Notes: a model not told the origin generated them from the sequence alone. Counted from the first letter of the stretch, positions 49,050 to 59,670 are shown. The stretch: 64,000 nucleotides of DNA from Spirochaetia bacterium (GCA_963662795.1 OY759746.1:2816001-2880000), one strand, 5' to 3'. Numbers and translations are program-made.

Positions 49050-50564
49050 ATGCAAATATTAAAACTGAAAAGAGCACGATTCATTAATACTTTTTACCTC
49101 ATTTTTTCACTTCTTACGGTATCATCCTTAACGGCAGATGCCTTTTCCAGGCCGTATCCTTATGCAGACGGAGTTCCATTTGAACAGAGGAACGATCCAG
49201 CTGTCTTTACCCCGGACCCTGATGCTGTTGCTGCTTCGCAGATATCAGGTATGGATCACCGGCTTTTTTTCCGGTATGCCCTCAGGTTTTCAGGAGTTAA
49301 AACAGCAGATACTGAAAAATATATTGAAAAATATGATTCTCTGGCAAAAGAGTTTGATGATTATCTGGCAAAATCCGGCAGCAACACAGGTAACGCTGCG
49401 GATAACTATAATACAGGCGGGGAACTGCTGGTTTTTCTTCATGAAAAATTGCTGAAAAGATATTCCGAGATGGAAACCAGGCTTGATGTTCTTCTTGATA
49501 AAGGGATTTTCAACTGCGTATCTTCAGGAATTATCTATTATGCCCTTGCTCTGCGCAGCAATCTTGATGTAACAGGAATAAGAACAAGCGACCATGCCTT
49601 TTGCGCTGTTGTAATCCCCGGAAAAACAGTTGATGTAGAAACTACAACAAAATACGGTTTTGATCCGGGGGAAAAAAAGGAATTTACAGATTCATTCGGA
49701 AAAACAGGTTTTATTTATACCCCTCCGGCAAATTACAGAGACAGGAGGGAAATATCGCAGCAGGAATTCCTTGCCCTTATTCTTCAGAACAGAATTTCAG
49801 AACTGCAGCATAAAGCCAATTACTATGATACGCTGCCCCTTGCCGTGGACCGCTATGCCCTTCTTGGGACAGATGAAGCATATGACGATATGATGAGGGA
49901 ATTTAAAAATCATGCGGTTGAACTGGGCAACAGGAAAGAATACGGAAAAGCAGTCAGTTTCCTGTCAGCCGCAGTTTCCCGGTACGGGGATCATCCTGTA
50001 ATTTCTGATGCGGCAGGAAAGCTTTTTTACAATCAGATAGTTTTTTTTATTGAAGAAGGACGGACTGAAAAGGCCGAAGATTTCTACAGATATTTTTCTG
50101 CAGAGCCCCTGATCAGCGGCCGTATTCTTGAAGATTCGCAGAAAGTAATAAATGAAAAAAAACTTTATTATTTTGTTATGGAAAAGAATTTTACCGATTC
50201 CCATAAAGAAATTCTCATGTATCATGCCAATAATCTCATCAGCATCAGGGAAAAACAGGAATATCTGGTTTTTATCTATTCCAGGGAAATACAGCGGCTT
50301 TTTTCCGAAGATGAATGGATTTCAGCACTGGATCTGGCAGCAGCTGCTGCAGAAGAAACAGAAAATGATTCAAGAATACTCAAGCTTGTTGAGACAGTTG
50401 AATTCAACCTTGGGATTGTGTATCACAATCAATTTGTTGCGCATTACAACAGCGGCGCTTTTGAAAAAGCCCGCACTGTTCTTGAAGAAGGCCTTTCTAT
50501 AGTTCCTGATAATAAAACGCTGCTGTCTGATCTCAGTCTCCTTAAAAAAAGCAATAATAAATAA
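49050..50564 (+). CDS. Exported transglutaminase-like (Cys-His-acid) protein with TPR-like helical C-terminus
   Basis: N-terminal hydrophobic segment; FNCVSS, DHAF, DVETT; TPR-like end (A..VLEEGL.IVPDN..L). Confidence 0.55.
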   Translation: MQILKLKRARFINTFYLIFSLLTVSSLTADAFSRPYPYADGVPFEQRNDPAVFTPDPDAVAASQISGMDHRLFFRYALRFSGVKTADTEKYIEKYDSLAKEFDDYLAKSGSNTGNAADNYNTGGELLVFLHEKLLKRYSEMETRLDVLLDKGIFNCVSSGIIYYALALRSNLDVTGIRTSDHAFCAVVIPGKTVDVETTTKYGFDPGEKKEFTDSFGKTGFIYTPPANYRDRREISQQEFLALILQNRISELQHKANYYDTLPLAVDRYALLGTDEAYDDMMREFKNHAVELGNRKEYGKAVSFLSAAVSRYGDHPVISDAAGKLFYNQIVFFIEEGRTEKAEDFYRYFSAEPLISGRILEDSQKVINEKKLYYFVMEKNFTDSHKEILMYHANNLISIREKQEYLVFIYSREIQRLFSEDEWISALDLAAAAAEETENDSRILKLVETVEFNLGIVYHNQFVAHYNSGAFEKARTVLEEGLSIVPDNKTLLSDLSLLKKSNNK

Positions 50565-50592
50565 TAACCCTCTATACACCCCTTCTTTTTCA

Positions 50593-50619
50593 TAATAATC
50601 CTTCAGAAAATTCCGATAA
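50593..50619 (+). promoter_or_regulatory. sigma28 (FliA) promoter of the flgN-flgK operon
   Basis: TAAT-N15-TCCGATAA versus consensus TAAA-N15-GCCGATAA. Confidence 0.7.
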
Positions 50620-50656
50620 TCAAGCAAAAGGCTTTAGCCTGATTACGGGAGTTGTG

Positions 50657-51157
50657 ATGACATTGGAAGAATATTCTGAAAATCTGGAAAAATGCATGAT
50701 CGCCCAGCTTGAACTTTTCAGGGATTTTTATTCCTCGGAAGAGAGGATAAGACAGCACATTGTCCTTAAAAACTGGCCTGAACTTGACAGGGAACTTATT
50801 GGAATTCAGAAATATGCGGATAAAATAGACAAAGCAGAGACAGAAAGGTCAAAAATATATCAGGCAATGAAACTTTACTGCAGTGATGACCGGACAGAAA
50901 GCTTTTATGCCTTTGTTTCAAGATATTGTCCCGACAGGAGCGCTTCTCTTACTTCCCTTTACAGGGATCTTAAAATCAGCGTCATGAAGGTGAAAACACT
51001 CACCCTGAGGATTGATGCCTATCTTTCCACAGTAACCAGTGCTGTAAGAAAGGTTCTTGATGAAGCTTTTCCGATGAGGAAGGGGACAATTTATGACAAT
51101 AAAGGGGTTAACAGGAGCGCTTCTGATCCCCCGTTTGTTCTGGACAGACAGCTTTAG
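50657..51157 (+). CDS. flgN: Flagellar export chaperone, FlgN/FlbF-like
   Basis: Helical protein directly upstream of flgK; C-terminal IYDNKG...VLDRQL; GGGAG RBS. Confidence 0.7.
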   Translation: MTLEEYSENLEKCMIAQLELFRDFYSSEERIRQHIVLKNWPELDRELIGIQKYADKIDKAETERSKIYQAMKLYCSDDRTESFYAFVSRYCPDRSASLTSLYRDLKISVMKVKTLTLRIDAYLSTVTSAVRKVLDEAFPMRKGTIYDNKGVNRSASDPPFVLDRQL

Positions 51158-51171
51158 ATAAGGAGAGATAT

Positions 51172-53055
51172 ATGCAGTCAACCTTTACAGGAATAGAAAT
51201 TGGTAAAAGAAGTCTTGTAGCGCACAATCAAAGCCTTACAACCATTGGACACAATATAACAAATGCTTCAACAGACGGATACAGCAGACAGAGGGTAAGA
51301 ATGGAAACATTTGAACCGCTTTATGCACCCCACCTCAACAGGGAAAACACCCCGGGGCAGATAGGCCAGGGTGTTGATGTGGCAAGTGTAGAGCGGATCA
51401 AGGATGAAATACTTGAAGGGAGAATCGTATCCCAGGCAAACCAGCAGGGATACTGGGATGGCAGAGATAAGTATCTTCTCATGCTTGAGAAAATCTACAA
51501 CGAACCCGGCGAATTTTCCGTAAGATCTGCCATGGACAAATTCTGGGAAGGGTGGCAGGAACTTTCCATAAATCCTTCTGAAAGGGCAGCCCGGCAGAGT
51601 GTGCTTGAAAGGGGTAAAACACTTATCGATGCAATACATAACCGCTATGAGTCGTTAAAACAGACCCGCGATATGGTAGAAACTGAAGTGACAGGGGCTG
51701 TGAGCAGGATCAACAGTATTCTGTCTGATGTTTCTGCATTGAATGAAAAAATCGTAAAAATAAAAGCAATGGGGGACAATCCCAACGATCTTCTTGACAG
51801 GCGGGATCTTCTTGTTCAGGAACTTTCTTCTATCATCAATATAACAGTTGATAACCGCGATGCGGATGAATTCCAGATACATACATCAGGACTCCATCTG
51901 ATACAGGGAAGGGCCATCAACTATCTTTCTACAGAGATTGATCCGGTAAATGAAGGATATTCAAAAGTTGTCTGGAACGGGACCGGAGAGGAAGCTTATT
52001 TCAAGGGAGGGAAACTTGCCTCATATCTTGAAATGAGGGATTCTGATATTCGTGATGAGATCCAGAAGATAGATTTAATGACTGTTAACTTCATCGATAA
52101 TGTAAATGATCTTCATAAACAGGGATGGGGAGCAAACGGCAGAACCGGAGTGGAATTCTTCAGGGAATACCCATTTGTCCTCTCTGCAGAGGGAAATTAC
52201 GACAGAAACGGCGACGGAGAGTTTGATTCAAGCTATATATTCAGGGTTACAGGGGGAAACGCTCTCTCTCCGCAGGATCTTATCGGAATACGCGGAACCA
52301 TGACTCTATCCGGTGCTGATGAAAATATTGCAGTTCAATACTTTCCGACAGATACTGTCCAGGATGTGCTTGACAGGATAAACAACTCGCCTTCAAAAAT
52401 TAACGCGGTTCTTGACCGGAATGGAAAGCTTGTACTGCGGGCAATGACCTCGGACAGAATCGGAACCCCTGATTTTGTCATAAAACATATTGAGGATTCA
52501 GGTGAGTTCCTTGCCGGATATGCCTCTGTTCTTGCAGGAAGCGGCCCTGACGGTGCTTATACCTGGGAAACAGCAGATGCTGTAGCAGCTTTGCAGACAG
52601 GGGACAGGGCAGCGGGTTTTGCTGTCGCGCCTTTAAGCCATCCCGGAGGGTGGATAGAAATTAACAAGGCAATAATATCAGATCCGCTCACAATTGCCGC
52701 CGGCTTCGGTGAAAACGGGCGGCCTGCAAATCCGGGGGACGGTTCTGCGGCTCTTGCAATAGCGTCTCTCAGGAACCGGCATCTCATGGTAGGTAAATTC
52801 ACAAGCTTTGATCAGTATTTTTCTTCAACAGTGGCAGATATAGGGCTTAAAGGGGAGCAATCGGAAACAGCCCTTGAAACGCAGAACCTTGTGATGAAAG
52901 AGCTTGATGATTTAAGACAGTCAATTTCAGGCGTTAACCTGGATGAGGAGCTTGCCCAGATGATCAAGTTTCAGCACGGTTACTCTGCTGCAGCAAGGTT
53001 TATATCCCAGATGAGCGATATGCTTGACACAATCATAAACAGACTCAAGGTATGA
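51172..53055 (+). CDS. flgK: Flagellar hook-associated protein 1
   Basis: TIGHNITNAST.GYSRQRV, PNDLLDRRD, RQSISGVNLDEE...IKFQHGYSAAAR. Confidence 0.96.
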   Translation: MQSTFTGIEIGKRSLVAHNQSLTTIGHNITNASTDGYSRQRVRMETFEPLYAPHLNRENTPGQIGQGVDVASVERIKDEILEGRIVSQANQQGYWDGRDKYLLMLEKIYNEPGEFSVRSAMDKFWEGWQELSINPSERAARQSVLERGKTLIDAIHNRYESLKQTRDMVETEVTGAVSRINSILSDVSALNEKIVKIKAMGDNPNDLLDRRDLLVQELSSIINITVDNRDADEFQIHTSGLHLIQGRAINYLSTEIDPVNEGYSKVVWNGTGEEAYFKGGKLASYLEMRDSDIRDEIQKIDLMTVNFIDNVNDLHKQGWGANGRTGVEFFREYPFVLSAEGNYDRNGDGEFDSSYIFRVTGGNALSPQDLIGIRGTMTLSGADENIAVQYFPTDTVQDVLDRINNSPSKINAVLDRNGKLVLRAMTSDRIGTPDFVIKHIEDSGEFLAGYASVLAGSGPDGAYTWETADAVAALQTGDRAAGFAVAPLSHPGGWIEINKAIISDPLTIAAGFGENGRPANPGDGSAALAIASLRNRHLMVGKFTSFDQYFSSTVADIGLKGEQSETALETQNLVMKELDDLRQSISGVNLDEELAQMIKFQHGYSAAARFISQMSDMLDTIINRLKV

Positions 53056-53083
53056 CTCTTAAAAATGATAAGGAAGTAATGGT

Positions 53084-54331
53084 ATGAAAAGAATAAGTAC
53101 AGATATGCCTAATAACGATATGCAGTATTATATGAGAAGAAAAGAAGCCCTTTTAAACAGTATGCAGGGCAAGATTGCGGGGCAGAGCAGGATCCAAAAC
53201 CTCAGGGATGATCCCGTTGCCGCTGCTCACTCTGTAGTACTTAAATCAAATATTTCAAGACTGAAACAGTTTGCTGATAATACAGGCGAGGTTCAGAGCA
53301 GGGGAAGGGTAGTTGAAGGATATCTCCAGGAGTCGTTAAGCATAATGCAGAGGCTTAATGAAATTGCTGTCCAGGGGGCAAACGGGACTTATAAAAAAGA
53401 AGAAACAGGAATGATGGGTGATGAGGTAAATCAGCTTTTAAACGAACTTGTTCAGATATCAAACTCCCGCCATGGAGACGGAACTGCCCTTTTTTCAGGC
53501 GACAGATCTTTAAGTCTTGCATTCAGGCCGGTTGAAGGGTATGTCGAAGGCAGCGGAAGGGAGCTTATTACTGAGGTGGAGTATACAGGTACAATTAATC
53601 CGGGAATGGCTGAAGTATCTGATAATGCATATGTTGAATCAGGATTCCCGGGCAATACCCTCTTCTGGGCTGAACAGCAGATTGTAATATCATCAAGGAA
53701 CTCCGAAAACTTTTTTGTTCAGAATGATTCTTCTGTGCTTATTGACGGCGTAAAGGTCGATTTCAAATCAGGAGATAATATTCATGCTGTAATTTCCAGA
53801 ATCAACGATTCCGGAGCACCTGTAAAAGCTTCTCTTGATCCTGTTAAAAACTCTTTAACCCTGTCTACAACTGAACCTCATCAGCTCTGGATTGAAGATG
53901 TCTCCGGAGGCACAGTTTTTCAGGAAACCGGCCTTGTCAAAGCAACAAACACGAAACCTCCCCACAATATTGCACCGGATGCCAGAATTTCGGGCGGGTC
54001 GATCTTTGACATGGCGATAAAGCTCAGGGACAGCCTTTATACTGGAAATGTCATCGATATAGGAAGCGGTTCACTTAAGGGAATACAGGACGGGATAAGT
54101 CATCTTGTTTCCCAGGCCGGTAAACTTGGAGCCAGGGATGAGAGGCTTGAACTTGTTAAAGGAAGGCTTGAGTATCAGATTCCCGAGATAACAGCAATGG
54201 ATTCACGGGAAACAGATATTGATCTTGCAGAAGCAATTACAGAACTGAAAATGCTTGAATTTACCCACAAGGCTTCGCTGCAGACAGCTGCGCGGATACT
54301 TAAACCAACACTTCTCGATTTTCTGAGGTAA
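53084..54331 (+). CDS. flgL: Flagellar hook-associated protein 3
   Basis: MKRIST, LRDDPVAA, AVQGANGTY, DLAEAITEL..ASLQTAARILKPTLLDFLR. Confidence 0.95.
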   Translation: MKRISTDMPNNDMQYYMRRKEALLNSMQGKIAGQSRIQNLRDDPVAAAHSVVLKSNISRLKQFADNTGEVQSRGRVVEGYLQESLSIMQRLNEIAVQGANGTYKKEETGMMGDEVNQLLNELVQISNSRHGDGTALFSGDRSLSLAFRPVEGYVEGSGRELITEVEYTGTINPGMAEVSDNAYVESGFPGNTLFWAEQQIVISSRNSENFFVQNDSSVLIDGVKVDFKSGDNIHAVISRINDSGAPVKASLDPVKNSLTLSTTEPHQLWIEDVSGGTVFQETGLVKATNTKPPHNIAPDARISGGSIFDMAIKLRDSLYTGNVIDIGSGSLKGIQDGISHLVSQAGKLGARDERLELVKGRLEYQIPEITAMDSRETDIDLAEAITELKMLEFTHKASLQTAARILKPTLLDFLR

Positions 54332-54336
54332 TTTTA

Positions 54337-54792
54337 ATGGAGCTTAAAACAAAACCGTTCGGTGTCATAAATATTGAAGAAAAGCAGAAAATAACATTTA
54401 CTAGAGGAATATTCGGCTTTGACAATATCAGGGAATATGCCCTTTTAAACGCAAGTCAATGGCCGTTTTTCTGGCTTCAGGCGATTGATGTACCTGATCT
54501 TGCTTTTATTCTTATAGATCCGCTGATTTTCAGGCCTGATTATACACTTGATGTGGATGAGAGCGATCTTCTGGATATTGACCTTAACCCCGGAGACAGG
54601 GATAAAATGCTTGTTTTTTCAATAGTAACTGTACCGGACGATCAGAAAAAGATGACAGCCAACCTTCAGGGGCCGATAATTATCAACAGGGAAAAGCGGA
54701 CCGGACGGCAGTTTATTTCAACAAACCAGAAATGGAGCGTCAGACATTTTATAATGGATGAACTTGCTGAAAAAGGCGGTTCTAAATGCTGA
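54337..54792 (+). CDS. fliW: Flagellar assembly factor FliW (CsrA antagonist)
   Basis: [43 protein letters not shown]. Confidence 0.95.
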   Translation: MELKTKPFGVINIEEKQKITFTRGIFGFDNIREYALLNASQWPFFWLQAIDVPDLAFILIDPLIFRPDYTLDVDESDLLDIDLNPGDRDKMLVFSIVTVPDDQKKMTANLQGPIIINREKRTGRQFISTNQKWSVRHFIMDELAEKGGSKC

Positions 54793-55016
54793 TCCTTTCC
54801 AGAAAAATTAATGAGAGCATTATAATAGGTGACAATATTGAACTGTCGATTGTCGATGTAAAAGGGGATCAGGTAAAAATCGGGATTGAAGCTCCAAAAA
54901 ATATAAAAGTATTCAGAAAAGAAGTTTATCAGGCTATACAGGAAGAAAACAGGGCTGCTGCCCGTTCTGCTGTTGACGTTTTTCCATCACTGGATGACAT
55001 ATTGAAAAAAGAATAA
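54786..55016 (+). CDS. csrA: Carbon storage regulator CsrA
   Basis: [18 protein letters not shown]...[16 protein letters not shown]. Confidence 0.97.
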   Translation: MLILSRKINESIIIGDNIELSIVDVKGDQVKIGIEAPKNIKVFRKEVYQAIQEENRAAARSAVDVFPSLDDILKKE

Positions 55017-55026
55017 AATATTATCC

Positions 55027-56181
55027 CTATTCGTCCGCATCGGCAAGCTCGTTATAAAGCCCGTCAATATCCTTATTTATATTCATAAACAGATCTATAA
55101 GTTCAGGGTCAAAATGCTTACCGCGGCCCTGATGTATTATTTCCAGTGATTTTTCATGTGAATAGGCCTCTTTATAGACTCTTTTCATTCTCAGGGCATC
55201 ATAAACATCGGCAAGCGCAACAATCCTTGCAGATAATGGTATATCATCGCCTGCCAGAGCGTATGGGTAGCCGTTTCCATCCCATTTTTCATGGTGTGAC
55301 CTGGCAATTTCCATCGCCATTTTATCCGGATAGGAACTTAAAATAAATGCCCCGTTTATTGTATGCTCTTTCATTATCTGCCATTCATCATCGGTAAGTT
55401 TGCCGGGTTTTTTAAGTATGCTGTCAGGCGTTCCTATTTTCCCTACATCATGCATTGCTGCCAGAAATTTAATGTTTATTACAAATTCCATATTGACCTG
55501 TTCATACTTCTTGCTGTTATAAAGCACATCTGCAATCCTGTATGAATACTGGCTTACCCTCTCTATGTGATTGCCTGTATCGTCATCTTTGAGTTTTGAA
55601 GCTTCAAGGAGAGTCTTGAAAATATTTTTCAGAAGAATATTGTTATCCTCTGTAATATCATTTATTATTCCGAAATATCCGTCAGGCCCTTTTGATTTTT
55701 TTTCATTAACATTTTTAAAATAGGGTAGTACTATTAAGTTGGCCTTTGAGGTAGCCCTGTCACGGCCGGAAACTTCCGCCCTTCCTTCCCACGAAAACCC
55801 TCTTTCCGGAGAGGAAATGGAATCATACAGGCTTTGCAGCCTTATTTTATTCATGTAAGGGTGGAAAAGCTTCTGGATAAATATATAACTGCTGCTGTCC
55901 TCGATTGTAAAATAGCGGTCGGCTTCTGTGTTCATCCAGATTACCCGCAGTTTTTTATCCATAAAAAAAACAGGAACAGGGGCTTTTCTGAATTTCTGTA
56001 TCTCAAACCGGAATGAAGTGGCATTAAGTATCTGTACAGTATTCATGTGATAATTTTCTATATCTTCCGGAGTTTCCGGTTTTGCAAAAACTTTAAGTAT
56101 ATCTGCTTCGGCGGTTATTTCCTCGACTTCTTCAATTTCTTCGAGATCTTCGATTTCTTCAAGTATATTGTCACTATTCAT
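55027..56181 (-). CDS. PAS plus HD-GYP cyclic-dinucleotide phosphodiesterase
   Basis: DDDTGNHIERV, HDVGKIG, HHEKWDGNGYP, ADVYDAL...R.YK. Confidence 0.92.
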   Translation of the reverse strand: MNSDNILEEIEDLEEIEEVEEITAEADILKVFAKPETPEDIENYHMNTVQILNATSFRFEIQKFRKAPVPVFFMDKKLRVIWMNTEADRYFTIEDSSSYIFIQKLFHPYMNKIRLQSLYDSISSPERGFSWEGRAEVSGRDRATSKANLIVLPYFKNVNEKKSKGPDGYFGIINDITEDNNILLKNIFKTLLEASKLKDDDTGNHIERVSQYSYRIADVLYNSKKYEQVNMEFVINIKFLAAMHDVGKIGTPDSILKKPGKLTDDEWQIMKEHTINGAFILSSYPDKMAMEIARSHHEKWDGNGYPYALAGDDIPLSARIVALADVYDALRMKRVYKEAYSHEKSLEIIHQGRGKHFDPELIDLFMNINKDIDGLYNELADADE

Positions 56182-56184
56182 TTA

Positions 56185-56865
56185 TTACTCCGATGCAGAT
56201 TTTTCTTCAGCATCACTCTTTCTTATATAAACCGGGCCTGAGTCATCTGAATCTATTATTCCTTTTTTAAACAGTTCATGACCCAATTCGAGACAGTAAA
56301 TAATTCTGCTCTTGTTTGAAGCATCATCTGTAAAAATATTTTTTACATCGATATCTGCCGCATCTTTAAGCTGCATGAATAATTTAATACTGTCAGGTCC
56401 TGTCAGCAATACTTTTTTATATTTTTTTGTTAATTCAGCAATTTCTCTGCAGTCTGCGTCAAGGTAGTCCGATTTTCTGATTCCTCCATCATATACCGCA
56501 GTATAAAATCTGTTCTTTTTTGCATCTAGGACAGGAACAACTGCCCCGTCAAAATAATTATATCCTGAAGCAAGAAAATCAAGTGTCGGTACAGAAACAA
56601 CAGGGACAGATAGCGCAACTGCCATTCCTTTGACAGTTGACATCCCGATTCTAAGCCCTGTAAATGAGCCGGGTCCTTTAGCGCAGACAAGAAGATCAAT
56701 TTCAGATATTTTTGTTCCGGCAGCATCAAGTACCAGTTCCGCAAGAGGGAGAAGCTTTTCCGAATGCCTTAATGCCTCACATAGCGTAAACGAGTATGTT
56801 CCCCTGTCGTTTTTAAGTGCAATTCCAAGATTATCAGTGCTTGTGTCAAAAGCAAGTATATTCAT
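56185..56865 (-). CDS. tsaB: tRNA t6A biosynthesis protein TsaB
   Basis: ILAFDTST, HSEKLLP, GPGSFTGLRIG, DAKK, P.YIR.SDAE. Confidence 0.95.
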   Translation of the reverse strand: MNILAFDTSTDNLGIALKNDRGTYSFTLCEALRHSEKLLPLAELVLDAAGTKISEIDLLVCAKGPGSFTGLRIGMSTVKGMAVALSVPVVSVPTLDFLASGYNYFDGAVVPVLDAKKNRFYTAVYDGGIRKSDYLDADCREIAELTKKYKKVLLTGPDSIKLFMQLKDAADIDVKNIFTDDASNKSRIIYCLELGHELFKKGIIDSDDSGPVYIRKSDAEEKSASE

Positions 56866-57284
56866 AATTCAATTCCGTCAATAGTAATTTTTCTGCTGTT
56901 GTTTTCTTTTATTGCTATATCCACCCTGATAATATCAGGAGGCAGATAATCGCTGATTTTTTCTGCCCATTCAATAACTGAAACACCATTTGAGTAGATA
57001 ACTTCCCTGCCGCCGATCATTTCAAATTCCTCAGATGTGGATATCCTGTAGAGATCCATATGATAGAGGTTAAGTGTACCCTCGTATTCGCATAATAGAG
57101 TAAAAGTAGGACTCGTTATGTTGCTTTCTATTCCAAGGCCCCTTGCAATACCGCGGGTAAAAACTGTCTTGCCTGTGCCAAGTGTTCCGGATAGTGAGAT
57201 AACAGCACCGGCCTGCAGGACAGATGCCAGTTTCTTTCCAATTTCTATTGTGTCGTTTTCAGATTGTGAGAAAAAAGTTTTCAG
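56862..57284 (-). CDS. tsaE: tRNA t6A biosynthesis ATPase TsaE (140 aa, apparent CTG start)
   Basis: Frame is open upstream of the track ORF: KTFFSQSENDTIEIGKKLASVLQAGAVISLSGTLGTGKTVFTRG..ITSPTFTL..YHMDLYR..IEW. An in-frame TAA sits immediately before CTG 57284; GGAAGGA is 8 nt upstream. Confidence 0.92.
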   Translation of the reverse strand: MKTFFSQSENDTIEIGKKLASVLQAGAVISLSGTLGTGKTVFTRGIARGLGIESNITSPTFTLLCEYEGTLNLYHMDLYRISTSEEFEMIGGREVIYSNGVSVIEWAEKISDYLPPDIIRVDIAIKENNSRKITIDGIEL

Positions 57285-57547
57285 TTAAGTGATCCTTCCG
57301 TCTGCATATCAGATACAAACTGTTTAAGCGATTTAATGGCAGGAAGCATTGGGTAATTGATACTGCTGTTTATCAGAACATTGATTATTGTATCGCCGAT
57401 TGCTGTTTTTTCAATCGAAAATTCCACAGATGCTGTTTCAGTTTGTGAATTTTTACCATATTCAAAAACCGCATCTGCGCAGTAATTATTTCTATAGTAA
57501 AGAAAAGAGTCTTTCTTTTTGATATTATCAAGTTGTTTTACAATCAT
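57281..57547 (-). CDS. Conserved small hypothetical protein upstream of tsaE
   Basis: 88-aa ORF (LYYR, VEFSIE, INYP), coupled to tsaE by a CTGA overlap. Confidence 0.75.
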   Translation of the reverse strand: MIVKQLDNIKKKDSFLYYRNNYCADAVFEYGKNSQTETASVEFSIEKTAIGDTIINVLINSSINYPMLPAIKSLKQFVSDMQTEGSLN

Positions 57548-57575
57548 GTTCAGCTAAAGTTTACCAGTTTTGGCA

Positions 57576-58709
57576 TTAGTAATCAAGAATGCTCTCTTTT
57601 TCTCCTATTCCATATACATAGGAATTTATTGAATTCATGTTCTTTTTTGTCATTTTTGTAAATTGTATGTGCATTACATTGTTGCCGGGCCCCTCTTTAC
57701 GGATATTAACAACTTTACCAAGAGCAGTCATTGTGCTTTTCCTTTCAAGACCTATATCAACTTTTAAAAGCTCTCCCCGGTTAAGATAGGCCCCGGCCTT
57801 TATGCTGCATCCTCCTGCGGATATTTCAACAACTGTACCGAGTTTACCTTTAGCGTCATTAACAACTGCTTTTCTTACAGCCGATTTTCCGGAACCGACC
57901 GTCGCAATGGAAACTCTATAGAAATAACATGGCCTCCCCAGGTCTTTTCTGGGAAAATGCCGCTGTTTTGATGTGCTTATTGAATTGGAATGCTGAAGCA
58001 TCATAGCTGCCGCATTTTTCATAGTTGTATAGCCCATTACTTTTGACGCGAAAGTATAACCCCTGTCTCCTTTTTCAAAGAGAGAAACTGTTACATTTTC
58101 CCATTTGTTTAACCGCAGCGGTGTTCCGTCAGGCTGCAGCGGGATGGTAACACAAATTGAATCCTTTAGATTTGTCAATATCTGGGCTGTGTATCTTGCT
58201 CCTGTCCCTGTTGTAATATTTATCTGTCTGCCGGAATTAAGCTGTCTTGATGTTCCTATTTTTTTACCAGTTCCGCTGTTCCTGTCCATTTTCTGTTTGA
58301 TTGTAAAAAGCATCATCTTGTAGTTTTCTTTTACTTCCGGAGCATATGCTCCGCTGTCATAGTCGTGCACAGCTTTTTTCATGGTAGTATTGAAAACATT
58401 TGGGGATGTTATAAAGATAATAGGGGAAGAGATCCTGTATTTTGCTGCAATATCTTCGAGCAGTTTTGTCTGCATTGCGGTAAGTCCCAGATTACCGGCT
58501 ATTTTTTTAAACCTTTTTTTCCCTGCCCTGGGCGAAAGCGGCTTTGATGAACCTGATCCAGTTGCAGAGGCACCTCTTCTTCCTGCCAAAGAACCTATTA
58601 TCATAATCAGTATAAACGCGCCGAATATTCCCAGTGTGATATAAATAGTTTTTGAATCTGCTGTAGGCAGTGCAAAATTTGACTGCATTAAAAATAAGGA
58701 ATTTATCAT
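57576..58709 (-). CDS. Membrane-anchored PilZ-domain (YcgR-like) c-di-GMP effector
   Basis: N-terminal TM helix; RxxxR (QRHFPR) and the variant EISAGG motif. Confidence 0.8.
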   Translation of the reverse strand: MINSLFLMQSNFALPTADSKTIYITLGIFGAFILIMIIGSLAGRRGASATGSGSSKPLSPRAGKKRFKKIAGNLGLTAMQTKLLEDIAAKYRISSPIIFITSPNVFNTTMKKAVHDYDSGAYAPEVKENYKMMLFTIKQKMDRNSGTGKKIGTSRQLNSGRQINITTGTGARYTAQILTNLKDSICVTIPLQPDGTPLRLNKWENVTVSLFEKGDRGYTFASKVMGYTTMKNAAAMMLQHSNSISTSKQRHFPRKDLGRPCYFYRVSIATVGSGKSAVRKAVVNDAKGKLGTVVEISAGGCSIKAGAYLNRGELLKVDIGLERKSTMTALGKVVNIRKEGPGNNVMHIQFTKMTKKNMNSINSYVYGIGEKESILDY

Positions 58710-58742
58710 TAAATTCTCCCGCTTTTTTTCATTATTTTTTAA

Positions 58743-59606
58743 TTAAGCATCAGCCATTATATCATCACTCATTATATCAAAAAACTGCTCTATTGCCGGT
58801 GCAATTTCATATTCAAGCAAATCTCCTGTGAGAACAGAATCTGACCGCGACAATGCGTCTACAAGTTCATTGAGCAATTTATTATAACTGCTTAAAGTTT
58901 CTAAATCGATTTTACCGGTATCGATATTATAATAGCTCATAAGTCTTGATAATTTTTTTGAAAAATCAATAAATTCAATTATTTTTTCCATTGCAGCGCT
59001 GTCTTTTCCTGTCTGCATCAGTACAGATATATTGCCCAGCTCAGGAAGGAAGTTTTCAAACCATGCTTTTTCTTTTGCCAGTTCTTCCCTGGTCAGGATT
59101 ATTTCCTTTTTCCGGCTTTCAGCTATGAAAATAATATTATCACTGAAATTTCTCAAATCAATTAAATCATTTTCAGAGAACTCTTCTTTTTCTGCTATGG
59201 ATTCTATAAATCCGCTTCCTTCTGAATTATATACCCTGTCAATGACAGATTCCAGATGGGATTTTATTGTACTGTATTCTGCAAGATATTCTTTAATTCC
59301 AGTCTTGTTTTTTCCCTCAGTAAGCTGTTGCAGAGTTTTAAAAAAATCCTGTATCAGAATAAGCTGATAATATTTAAACTCTTTTAGTGTTACAGTAGTT
59401 ATGCTGATTTTATCAATTTTCTCTATGCTGATTTTATCAAGAGAAGATTTGTCGTTGATATAGTATTCTTTGTCATTAACTGAAGCACTGCTTATAAGCA
59501 TATTACTGCTGTTAAGCCAATTTGAAAGCGCTGTAATAACTTCAAAACTGTTTTTTTCCCGCTCCAGTGTGAAATCAATTAATTTGTTGTCGATCAGAAT
59601 TTGCAC
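58743..59606 (-). CDS. Hypothetical flagellar-locus protein
   Basis: 287 aa, GTG start after GGGAG; C-terminal D.VLTGDLLEYEI.P motif. Confidence 0.75.
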   Translation of the reverse strand: MQILIDNKLIDFTLEREKNSFEVITALSNWLNSSNMLISSASVNDKEYYINDKSSLDKISIEKIDKISITTVTLKEFKYYQLILIQDFFKTLQQLTEGKNKTGIKEYLAEYSTIKSHLESVIDRVYNSEGSGFIESIAEKEEFSENDLIDLRNFSDNIIFIAESRKKEIILTREELAKEKAWFENFLPELGNISVLMQTGKDSAAMEKIIEFIDFSKKLSRLMSYYNIDTGKIDLETLSSYNKLLNELVDALSRSDSVLTGDLLEYEIAPAIEQFFDIMSDDIMADA

Positions 59607-59670
59607 AATATGCTCCCGAAGAAAAAAATTATTGTCGAGGTCCCTTGATTAATTGTCGGAAATTGCCGGG

